Assembly: GCA_963665325.3 (NCBI GenBank)
Contig: OZ224045.1
Location: 320,001-384,000 of the forward strand
Length of the DNA stretch: 64,000 nucleotides
Reading direction: 5' to 3'
Source: Alphaproteobacteria bacterium
GTDB lineage: Bacteria > Pseudomonadota > Alphaproteobacteria > Bin95
Of this stretch, positions 1 to 8,093 are shown piece by piece. Each line of letters begins with the position of its first letter. Positions within the stretch are counted from its first letter, which is position 1. The notes beneath the pieces were generated by a model, which saw only the letters and a program-made list of their open reading frames with translations, ran no database searches and was not told the origin of the DNA. Made by a program: the position numbers and the translations under genes.

Positions 1-948
1 TTCGCCGGTCTCGGCAACGACCGGAGCCTCTTCCGCTGCCGGCGCTTCGGCTGCTGCGGGAGCCTCGCCAGCCTCTTCCGCCGCCGGGGCCTCGGCTGCC
101 TCTACCTCTGCCGGAACCTGGGCGACCTCTTCAGCTGCCGCCTCGCTGGCTTCTGCCGCTGCCGGGACCTCTACAGCTTCGGCCGGCGCCTCTTCCGGGT
201 TGGAAGCCTGCTCCTGGGGCGCGGTGTCGAGCTCGCCGATATCCTGTCCGGAAGCCGTCATCTCGCGTTCGATGCCGTCCAGCACGGCGTTCGTGACGAG
301 TTCGCAATAGAGCGAGATCGCACGTATCGCATCGTCATTGCCCGGCACCGGAAATTCGACCCCCTCGGGATCGGAATTGCTGTCGAGCACGGCGATCACC
401 GGAATACCCAGCTTGCGCGCCTCGGCAACGGCGATATGTTCCTTGTTGGTATCGATCACGAAAAGGATGTCGGGCAGGCCCGCCATTTCCTTGATACCGC
501 CCAGAGTCTGCTCCAGCTTGTCGCGCTCTCTCTGGAGTTGCAGAAACTCCTTTTTGGTCAGTCCGACATTGTCCTGGGCCAGCTGCTCCTCAAGGTCGCG
601 CAGCCGGTTGATGGAATTGGAAATCGTCTTCCAATTCGTCAGCATTCCGCCTAGCCAACGGTGGTTGACGAAATACTGTCCGCACTGGCGGGCGGACTCG
701 GCAACTGTCTCCTGCGCCTGGCGCTTGGTGCCGACGAACAGCACACGCCCGCCCTCGCCCACGACGTGGGAAACCGCTTCCAGCGCCCGATAGAGCATCG
801 GGACCGTCTGCTGGAGGTCCATGATGTGGATGCCGTTGCGGATCCCGAAGATGAACGGCGCCATCCGGGGATTCCAGCGTCGGGTGTGATGTCCGAAATG
901 GACGCCAGCTTCCAGAAGCTGGCGCATGGTAAATGTCGGCACGGCCAT
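1..948 (-). CDS. rpsB: 30S ribosomal protein S2, 3' end runs off the window
   Basis: Not in the ORF track because there is no stop in the window. Manual translation from ATG at 948 gives [35 protein letters not shown], later [10 protein letters not shown] and [10 protein letters not shown], followed by an Ala/Glu/Pro-rich tail. Confidence 0.98.
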   Translation of the reverse strand, partial: MAVPTFTMRQLLEAGVHFGHHTRRWNPRMAPFIFGIRNGIHIMDLQQTVPMLYRALEAVSHVVGEGGRVLFVGTKRQAQETVAESARQCGQYFVNHRWLGGMLTNWKTISNSINRLRDLEEQLAQDNVGLTKKEFLQLQRERDKLEQTLGGIKEMAGLPDILFVIDTNKEHIAVAEARKLGIPVIAVLDSNSDPEGVEFPVPGNDDAIRAISLYCELVTNAVLDGIEREMTASGQDIGELDTAPQEQASNPEEAPAEAVEVPAAAEASEAAAEEVAQVPAEVEAAEAPAAEEAGEAPAAAEAPAAEEAPVVAETGE

Positions 949-980
949 TGGCTCGCCTTCCTAGTTCCGGTTTGTCCTGG

Positions 981-1040
981 CGCGGGCTGTCGCCTTCCCT
1001 CGGGAAGGAACCGGACCGGCCTTGTCGGCCGCAGCCCGCG
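981..1040 (-). promoter_or_regulatory. Structured rpsB 5' leader, putative S2 autoregulatory element
   Basis: 9-bp stem (981-989 with 1032-1040) encloses two hairpins (993-999/1002-1008 and 1017-1021/1027-1031) just upstream of rpsB. S2 is known to autoregulate through its leader. Confidence 0.6.
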
Positions 1041-1122
1041 TGCGAAATCGCGCGCTGTTTACGCGCGCCCGTCCCGGAATGCAAGCCGCACCGGGGTCGA
1101 CGGCCCGCTGCCGCGAGCCCTG

Positions 1123-1911
1123 CTAAACAACCGGGCTGCGGTTCCCGTCCACGTTGATGGCCGTGCCCGTGATGTAGGACCCGGCGTCGGAAGCGAGAAA
1201 GCAGGCGATATTGGCGAACTCCTCCGCCTCCCCGAAGCGCCCGAGTGGAACGCCGAGCTTGCCCGCCATGTCCCCGAGCCATGTGTCGAAATCAGCATCG
1301 GGCGCGGCGTCGGCGTGGCGTCGGACCCACTGGCCAGAGCGGATGTAGCCCGTGAGCAGCGCATTTACGAGCACCCCGTGGGGCGCGCCCTCGCCCGCCA
1401 GCACCTTCGTCAGCGCCATGCCGGCCGCCCGCGAGACGGCCGTGGGCGCGCTGCCGGCCTGCGGGGCCTTCGCGCCCACATTCAGCACATTGACGATCCG
1501 GCCCCAGCCGCGCGCTTTCATGTCAGGCAGCGCCAGGCGCGACAGCCGGATGGCGGCGAACAGCTTGAGGTCAAGATCGGCCTGCCAGGTCGCGTCGTCG
1601 ATTTCCTCGAATTTGCCGGTCTGCGAGGTGCCGGCATTGTTGACCAGGATGTCCACGGCGCCGAACCGCGCGACCGTGTCACGGTAGATCCGCTCGCAAT
1701 CCTCGGCCTTGCCGACATCGGCGGAGAAAGCAGCGGCGCGGCCGGGCGCCACGGCCTCGATGGCCGCCAGCGCCTCGTCGAGCGGCCCCTGGCGGCGGGC
1801 GGCGATGGCCACCGACGCGCCGGCACCCACGAATTTCAGCGCCATAGCCCGGCCCATGCCGTCGCTGCCGCCGGTGATGAGCGCCGTGCGCCCGGTCATG
1901 GAAATCTGCAT
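1123..1911 (-). CDS. Short-chain dehydrogenase/reductase
   Basis: TGGSDGMG and NNAG motifs. Start placed at MQISMTGR behind GGAGAAGGA. The YxxxK motif is replaced by TAVSR. Confidence 0.9.
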   Translation of the reverse strand: MQISMTGRTALITGGSDGMGRAMALKFVGAGASVAIAARRQGPLDEALAAIEAVAPGRAAAFSADVGKAEDCERIYRDTVARFGAVDILVNNAGTSQTGKFEEIDDATWQADLDLKLFAAIRLSRLALPDMKARGWGRIVNVLNVGAKAPQAGSAPTAVSRAAGMALTKVLAGEGAPHGVLVNALLTGYIRSGQWVRRHADAAPDADFDTWLGDMAGKLGVPLGRFGEAEEFANIACFLASDAGSYITGTAINVDGNRSPVV

Positions 1912-1999
1912 GTCGTCCTTCTCCGGTTCGGAATGCCTGTCGGAGGCCGGTCTAGGGGAGTCTTGCGGCTGTGCGCAATGCGGCCCTTGGAAGCCGCTT

Positions 2000-2560
2000 T
2001 CAGCGGATGACCGGGTGGTGCGCTGCGGCGTCCGCCGCGATTCGCCCGTCCAGCCTCGGGTCGGGTTCGACCTCGATGCGCCGGCGCACGGCGCGGAAGC
2101 CGCAGGAAAGGTAGAAGCCCAACGCTGCCGGGTGGTCGAGTGTGCATGTGTGCAACCAGACCCTGCCAACGCCCTCCCGCCAGGCGCGCGCGAGCGCCGC
2201 AGACATCAGCCTGCGCCCCTCGCCCCGCCCGGTCATGGCCGGAACGAGCCCGAAAAACGCAATTTCGCAAACGCCTTCCTCGCGAAAGTCGAGCTCGACG
2301 ATGCTCTCCCCCGCCGGGCCAGCATAGAGCTCCACCTGAGGGTCGCGCAGGATTGCCGCCAGCGCATCGTCCGCGAGCGAGAAGCGGGAGAACCAGAGCC
2401 ACTCTTCGCCCACTTCGCGGAACAGCGCGCGATAGGCGTCGAGGTCCGGTCGATGCCACCGCACAAGTTCGGCAGCCGAGCCGGGGTTGGCCGGCGGCGC
2501 CGTCATCTCCAGGTCGGTGACGACGGCCGCGATATGCCCTGCCGGCACGTCCTGCATCAT
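2000..2560 (-). CDS. GNAT family N-acetyltransferase
   Basis: GRGEGRRL acetyl-CoA loop and LHTCTLDHPAALGFYLSCGF C-terminal motif. Confidence 0.88.
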   Translation of the reverse strand: MMQDVPAGHIAAVVTDLEMTAPPANPGSAAELVRWHRPDLDAYRALFREVGEEWLWFSRFSLADDALAAILRDPQVELYAGPAGESIVELDFREEGVCEIAFFGLVPAMTGRGEGRRLMSAALARAWREGVGRVWLHTCTLDHPAALGFYLSCGFRAVRRRIEVEPDPRLDGRIAADAAAHHPVIR

Positions 2561-2967
2561 GGCCCGGCGCCATCCGATGCGACCGCAAGCGGATGGCCGA
2601 CAAGCAGACGATCGACGGTAAGCAGCTTGAGGCCTTCCTCCTGGGCCTGGACGAGCAGCAATTCGTCGAACGGGTCCTTGTGTCCGAGCGGCGTCTCCAG
2701 CGCCCGCGCCGCATGGCGTATCGTCATCGGCAGGAACGTCACGCCCTGGTTTTCCAGCACGGGAATGATGTCGTTCGGGTCGAACCGGCTCTTGCGCTCG
2801 CCCGAAGCGTAGCGGGCATTGTGTTTCAACCGCATCTCCCAGATCGACACCGCGCTCGCATAGAGCTGCAAATCCCGTGCGCCGAAAAACCGGCGGTCGT
2901 TCTCGGTCAAGGCCGCGGTCGCTTCCATGAACCTGTAAAGATATGTCGTATCAAGGAGGACGCGCAT
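2557..2967 (-). CDS. vapC: PIN-domain VapC toxin
   Basis: LLDT, SAVSIWE, HKDPFDELL and LLTVD PIN motifs; downstream of a Phd-type antitoxin. Confidence 0.93.
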   Translation of the reverse strand: MRVLLDTTYLYRFMEATAALTENDRRFFGARDLQLYASAVSIWEMRLKHNARYASGERKSRFDPNDIIPVLENQGVTFLPMTIRHAARALETPLGHKDPFDELLLVQAQEEGLKLLTVDRLLVGHPLAVASDGAGP

Positions 2968-2970
2968 GGA

Positions 2971-3252
2971 CTACCCGTCGTCCTCGTCGTCGAGTCCGAG
3001 CACCTGGCGACTGAACGCGGGGTCATGAAACGCCCCTTCCATGGCCTCGATTTTTTCCGGCGTCGCGTCCTCGATACCAAGCCGTCGGCGGTCTTCTTCC
3101 AGCTTGTCGAAATCGATCCCGCCACGCCGCTCGCAACGCACCAGTTCGACGACCGGCTGGCCGTATTTGGTGATGACCACACGCTCGCCCTGGCAGGCGG
3201 CGGCGACGAGTTCGGAGAGGCGTGCCTTCGCCTCGCGCAGGGCCAATTCCAT
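2971..3252 (-). CDS. Phd/YefM family antitoxin
   Basis: EAKARLSELV...GERVVITKYGQPVVEL N-terminus, acidic C-terminus; ends 3 nt before vapC. Confidence 0.93.
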   Translation of the reverse strand: MELALREAKARLSELVAAACQGERVVITKYGQPVVELVRCERRGGIDFDKLEEDRRRLGIEDATPEKIEAMEGAFHDPAFSRQVLGLDDEDDG

Positions 3253-3332
3253 GGCGAATCGCTCCCGATCCTTTTTAGTTCCGGCAAAATGCTCCCGCGC
3301 ACCGGTAAATTCAAGACTCGCGTGTGACTACA

Positions 3333-4532
3333 TTACTCCGCCATCGCCGCGCCGGACGCCAGCAGATCCTCGACTCCCGCGTCATCGAAGCCGGCTTCGG
3401 AGAGGACTTCGCGCGTGTGCTCGCCCTGGCGGGGCGGCGGGCGGCGGATCGAAGCCGGCGATCCGTTGAGCGTCAGCGGCGACGCCATCAGCCGGACCCG
3501 GCCCTCGCTCGGATGGTCGATCTCGTGCCAGAAACCGACCTCCGCCAGATGCGGGTCGGCCACCACCTGCTCCAGGCTCTGCACCGGCATGCAGGGAACG
3601 CCCGCTTCCGACAGCGGCCCTGCCCATTCCTCCGTAGTCTTCTCCGCCATCCACCGTTCGAGTTCGGCGTTGATTTCGTCCCGGTGCCTGAAGCGGGCCG
3701 GGCGGGTCGCATAGCGCGGATCGTCCATCAGCTCCGGCCGGCTGGCAACCTCGAGCATCGCGCGCCAGTGCTTGTCGGAAGTCGCCAGCACGCAGATGAA
3801 GCCGTCCTTCGTGGCAATCGGCCAGCGTTTCGGCGTGGCATGGCGCTCGGAACCCACGCGGTCCAGCGCCGGCACGAAGCTCTCGCCCCAGAGATGTTCA
3901 ACCATGGCGAACCCGGCCATGCTCTCGAACATCGGCACCTCGACCTCCTGTCCTTCGCCCGTCGCCAAGCGGTGGTAAAGCGCGCCGGAAACCGCCAGCG
4001 CCGCGAACAGCGCCGTCGTCTTGTCGGCGATCAGCATCGGTACGTATTTCGCCTTGCCGGTCGCGAAGCCTTCCAGCGCTGCAAGCCCGGCGCCGGCCTG
4101 AATTACGTCGTCGAAGGCCGCCTGCCCGGCATAGGGGCCGCTGCGCCCGAACCCCCAGATATTGCAAAACACGATATCCGGGCGGATTTCGGCAACGCTC
4201 GGATAGTCGAGGCCGAGGCGCACCAGCGGCTCCGGGCGCATATTGTGGACGAAGACATCCGCAGTCCGGATCAGGCTCTCCATTGCCCGCTTGCCGCCTT
4301 CGGTCTTGAGGTCGAGCACGACGCTGCGCTTGTTCCGGTTCACATGCATCCACTGCGAGGTCATGCCCGGGTTGCGATGCGGTCCAACCAGCCGCGAAAG
4401 GTCGCCCTCCGGCGCCTCGACCTTGATGACATCGGCGCCCAGGTCGCCCAGGAACTGGCTGGTATAGGGGCCCACGACCACTGTCGTCAGGTCAATCACT
4501 CTCAGGCCGTCGAACGGACCCGGCATAGGCAC
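3333..4532 (-). CDS. CaiB/BaiF family III CoA transferase
   Basis: GPFDGLRVIDLT, LGADVIKVE, NRNKRS and catalytic ADKTT motifs. Confidence 0.95.
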   Translation of the reverse strand: MPMPGPFDGLRVIDLTTVVVGPYTSQFLGDLGADVIKVEAPEGDLSRLVGPHRNPGMTSQWMHVNRNKRSVVLDLKTEGGKRAMESLIRTADVFVHNMRPEPLVRLGLDYPSVAEIRPDIVFCNIWGFGRSGPYAGQAAFDDVIQAGAGLAALEGFATGKAKYVPMLIADKTTALFAALAVSGALYHRLATGEGQEVEVPMFESMAGFAMVEHLWGESFVPALDRVGSERHATPKRWPIATKDGFICVLATSDKHWRAMLEVASRPELMDDPRYATRPARFRHRDEINAELERWMAEKTTEEWAGPLSEAGVPCMPVQSLEQVVADPHLAEVGFWHEIDHPSEGRVRLMASPLTLNGSPASIRRPPPRQGEHTREVLSEAGFDDAGVEDLLASGAAMAE

Positions 4533-4660
4533 ATTCTCCCGTGCATACGAGACGGTCGGCCGGTTTGCGACCGGCCCGCGATTCCTGCATTCTTTGCTGG
4601 AAATCGCCGCCGTTGGAACCCTCCCGGCAGGCTGTCCCGTGCTTCCGGAGACTTCATCTC

Positions 4661-6064
4661 ATGCCGCGCGACCGCAGCGAAATGCCCGCCCTCACCGTAG
4701 AACTCGCCCGCTGGCTCGCGGGACTCCGCCCGGAGGCGCTGCCCGAAAGCACCCGCCATGCGGCGCGCCTCGCGCTGCTGGACACAATGGGAGCCGGGCT
4801 GCACGGACGCCGCGAGTTCTGGGCCGAAACGGCCCTCGCCTGGGCGCGCCAGGGCTACGGCCCCGCCGGCAACGGTGACGGACTTGCGACGGTCTGGGGC
4901 GAATCGCAGCCCTCGCTGCGGCCTGCCGACGCAGCCCTGGTGAACGGTGTCGCCACCCATGCCTTCGAGCTCGACGATTTCATCGCCAAGCTGCATCCGG
5001 GCGCGGCCGTGGTGCCGGCGGCGCTTGCCCTAGGCGAGCGCCTCGATGCCGGAGGAGCCGAAATCGAGACGGCGGTCGTGGCGGGCTACGAGGTGATGGT
5101 GCGCGCCTCCCGCGCGCTCGACCCCAATGCCGCCCGGCTGCGCGGCTGGCACCTGACGGGCGTGTGCGGTCCGCTCGGCGCAGCGGCAGCGGGCGCGGTG
5201 CTCTTCAGGCTAGACGAGGAGGCGACGGCCTGGGCGCTCGGCCTCGGCGCAACGCAGGGGTCCGGCCTGTTCGCCTTCAATGCGGACGGTGCGATGAGCA
5301 AGCGCCTGCACCCCGGACGCGCCGCCCATGCCGGCGTCATGGCGGCGGAGCTGGCGGCTATGGGCTTTACCGGCCCGGCAAGCGTGCTGGAGACCGATGA
5401 CGGCGGCTTCCTCGACGCCTTTTCCGACGCCGCAAATCCGGATCGGCTGCTGGAAGGGCTCGGCAGCGAATGGGCCGTCGAGCAGGTCTATTTCAAGCCC
5501 TATTCCTGCTGCGGCTCCCTGCATTCCTATGTCGATGCCGCGCGGGAAATTCGCGACCGCCTCGGCCGGATGCCGGAGCCGGGCGAGACCGTACGCGCCG
5601 GCCTACCGCGGGTCGTCGATGTCCAGTGCGGCTTCGACTACGAGCCCGGCACCGCACTCAACGGCCAGATGAGCGCGCGCTTCACCATCGCCGCTGCGCT
5701 TGCCGACGGCAACGCGCTTCCCGCCCAATATACCGACGACCGGATGAACGACCCGGAACTGGTAGCGCTGGCCCGGCGCATTGAACTCGTGCCGGATGCC
5801 GAGCTGGACGACATCTATCCCGCCGACTATCCCGGTTGGGTCGAGATCGCCGGGGCCGACGGGCGCGTGGAGCGGTCGGAAGCCCTCAATCCCTCCGGCG
5901 CGCCCGGCCATCCGGGCCGCGAGGCGGCGTTGCTCTCCAAATTCGATGCGCTCGCGATCGAGGCGGTCGGCGCGACGGCGGCCGAGCGGTTGAAGGCCGT
6001 GCTGATGGACCTGCCGCGTCACGATGCCGCCGCGCTCGCTGCGGCGCCCGCGCAAGCGGCATGA
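4661..6064 (+). CDS. MmgE/PrpD family protein
   Basis: HAFELDD...HPG, RGWHLTG, KRLHPGRAA and FKPYSCC motifs; start set behind GGAG. Confidence 0.92.
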   Translation: MPRDRSEMPALTVELARWLAGLRPEALPESTRHAARLALLDTMGAGLHGRREFWAETALAWARQGYGPAGNGDGLATVWGESQPSLRPADAALVNGVATHAFELDDFIAKLHPGAAVVPAALALGERLDAGGAEIETAVVAGYEVMVRASRALDPNAARLRGWHLTGVCGPLGAAAAGAVLFRLDEEATAWALGLGATQGSGLFAFNADGAMSKRLHPGRAAHAGVMAAELAAMGFTGPASVLETDDGGFLDAFSDAANPDRLLEGLGSEWAVEQVYFKPYSCCGSLHSYVDAAREIRDRLGRMPEPGETVRAGLPRVVDVQCGFDYEPGTALNGQMSARFTIAAALADGNALPAQYTDDRMNDPELVALARRIELVPDAELDDIYPADYPGWVEIAGADGRVERSEALNPSGAPGHPGREAALLSKFDALAIEAVGATAAERLKAVLMDLPRHDAAALAAAPAQAA

Positions 6065-6561
6065 CGGCTTTGGCGCCTGCGACGGCGGAAGACCTGTTCG
6101 CCCGCCTCGACGAACTCGGCATCGCCCACAGCACCGTCTGCCACGAGCCGGTGTTCACAGTGGACGAAAACCGGGAGCTGCGCGGCGGCATCGCCGGCGG
6201 CCATTGCAAGAACCTGTTCCTCAAGAACCGGAAGAACGCCTACTGGCTGGTCGTCTGCCTGGAGGACGCGAAGATCGACCTGAAGGCCTTCGGGGAGCGG
6301 ATCGGCGCCGGGCGTCCTTCGTTCGGCTCGGCCGAACGCCTGATGGAAGTGCTGGGCATCCTTCCCGGCGCGGTCACTCCCTTCGCCCTCATCAACGACC
6401 GTGCGCAGCGCGTACAGCCGGTGCTGCAGGCCCGGATGCTGGAAATCTCCCCGCTCAACTACCATCCGCTACGCAATGACCGCACCACCGCCATCGCGCC
6501 GAACGATCTCGTGCGGTTCATCGAAGATTGCGGCCACAGCCCTGTTGTCGTTGATTTTTGA
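6061..6561 (+). CDS. YbaK/ProX-family aminoacyl-tRNA editing protein (PrdX-like)
   Basis: HEPVFTV, CKNLFLK, GAVTPFAL and HPLRNDRT motifs; ATGA overlap with the upstream gene. Confidence 0.92.
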   Translation: MTALAPATAEDLFARLDELGIAHSTVCHEPVFTVDENRELRGGIAGGHCKNLFLKNRKNAYWLVVCLEDAKIDLKAFGERIGAGRPSFGSAERLMEVLGILPGAVTPFALINDRAQRVQPVLQARMLEISPLNYHPLRNDRTTAIAPNDLVRFIEDCGHSPVVVDF

Positions 6562-6736
6562 TCGGCCTTGCCCTGCTCCAGCCGTCGACCGCCAGAAGCG
6601 AGGCGACTTATCGACGCTGCGCTCTCGCCAAAGGGGGGTGGATGGCTCTAGAATAACTGCATCCGAAAGTGGCCGGCCGGTCCCACGGCTCCGGCCGGGG
6701 TCTTTTTGCGCGACCAAGCGAGATTGAGGAGGAAGA

Positions 6737-7603
6737 ATGTACGCACCGAGTTTCGCTGCGCCCACGACGGTGGCCGAAGCGGTGCAGTTGCTGGCGAACG
6801 CAAGCGGCGTCGCCCGGGTGCTGGCCGGAGGCACTGACCTCCTGGTCCAATTGCGCTCCGGTGTTCTCAAACCGGACCTGATCGTCGATACCAAGCGCAT
6901 TCCTGAGCTCAGGACCATAACGACCGAGGGTGGCGGCTACCGGATCGGCGCGTCCGTTTCGGGCGCCGAGGCCGGCGAGCATGCCGGCCTGTCGAAGGAC
7001 TGGCCGGGGGTCGTCGAGGCAGTCGAGCTGATCGGTTCGACGCAGATCCAGGGCCGCGCCTCTTTCGTCGGCAATCTCTGCAATGCCTCGCCGGCGGCGG
7101 ATTCCGTGCCGGCGCTCATCGCGGTGGGGGCCACGGCCGTCATTGCCGGGCCGAACGGCGAGCGCGAGGTTCCGGTCGAGGAAGTCCCGACGGCGCCGGG
7201 CCGCACCTCGCTCGCCAAGGGCGAGATGGTGGTCGCGATCAAGCTGCCGCCGAAGCCGGCGCGCACGGGCGACGCCTATCTGCGCTTCATTCCGCGGACC
7301 GAAATGGACATCGCTGTTGTCGGCGCCGGCGTCTGCGTGACGCTGGACGGGAGCGGCAAATGCACGGCGGCTAGAGTGTCGCTCGGTGCCGTTGCACCGA
7401 CCGTGCTGGTCGTTGACGATGCAGCGGCGGCGCTGGTCGGCAGCAGGCTCGACGATGCGGCATTGGCCGCGCTCGACGCTGCCGCGCGGGCCGCCTGCAA
7501 GCCGATTTCCGACAAGCGCGGCACCATCGAGTACCGCACCAAGGTCGCTGGCGTGCTGGCACGCCGCGCGGCCGCCACTGCCTTCAAGCGCGCGGGAGCC
7601 TGA
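6737..7603 (+). CDS. Xanthine dehydrogenase family FAD-binding subunit (CoxM-like)
   Basis: LAGGTDL, IGSTQIQGRASFVGNLCNASPAAD and PISDKRG motifs; strong SD GAGGAGG. Confidence 0.95.
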   Translation: MYAPSFAAPTTVAEAVQLLANASGVARVLAGGTDLLVQLRSGVLKPDLIVDTKRIPELRTITTEGGGYRIGASVSGAEAGEHAGLSKDWPGVVEAVELIGSTQIQGRASFVGNLCNASPAADSVPALIAVGATAVIAGPNGEREVPVEEVPTAPGRTSLAKGEMVVAIKLPPKPARTGDAYLRFIPRTEMDIAVVGAGVCVTLDGSGKCTAARVSLGAVAPTVLVVDDAAAALVGSRLDDAALAALDAAARAACKPISDKRGTIEYRTKVAGVLARRAAATAFKRAGA

Positions 7604-7612
7604 ACCGAGACC

Positions 7613-8092
7613 ATGGCTAAACATCACATTTCCACCACGATCAACGGCGAGCCGGTCGAGTTCCTCTGCAGCACCGAGCAGACCATGCTCGACGTGTTGC
7701 GCGACGAGCTTCACCTGACCGGCACGAAGGAAGGCTGCGCCACGGGCGACTGCGGCGCCTGCTCGATCACGGTCGACGGCCGCCTCGTCTGTTCCTGCCT
7801 GATGCTGGGCGTCGAGGCCGAAGGCCATTCGGTCGAGACCATCGAGGGCATGGCCGACGGGGACCAGCTGCACCCGCTGCAGCAGAAGTTCCTCGAATAT
7901 GCTGCGTTGCAATGCGGTATCTGCACGCCGGGCTTCCTCATCGCCTCGAAAGCCCTTCTGGAGCGCAATCCGGACCCGACCGAGGAAGAAGCGCGTTACT
8001 GGCTCGCCGGCAATCTCTGCCGCTGCACCGGATACGACAAGATCATCCGCGCCGTGCTCGACACGGCCGCCGATATGCGAGGAGCGTCCTGA
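7613..8092 (+). CDS. 2x[2Fe-2S] subunit (CoxS-like)
   Basis: GTKEGCATGDCGAC, QCGICTPG and NLCRCTGY motifs. Confidence 0.97.
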   Translation: MAKHHISTTINGEPVEFLCSTEQTMLDVLRDELHLTGTKEGCATGDCGACSITVDGRLVCSCLMLGVEAEGHSVETIEGMADGDQLHPLQQKFLEYAALQCGICTPGFLIASKALLERNPDPTEEEARYWLAGNLCRCTGYDKIIRAVLDTAADMRGAS

Positions 8093-8093
8093 C

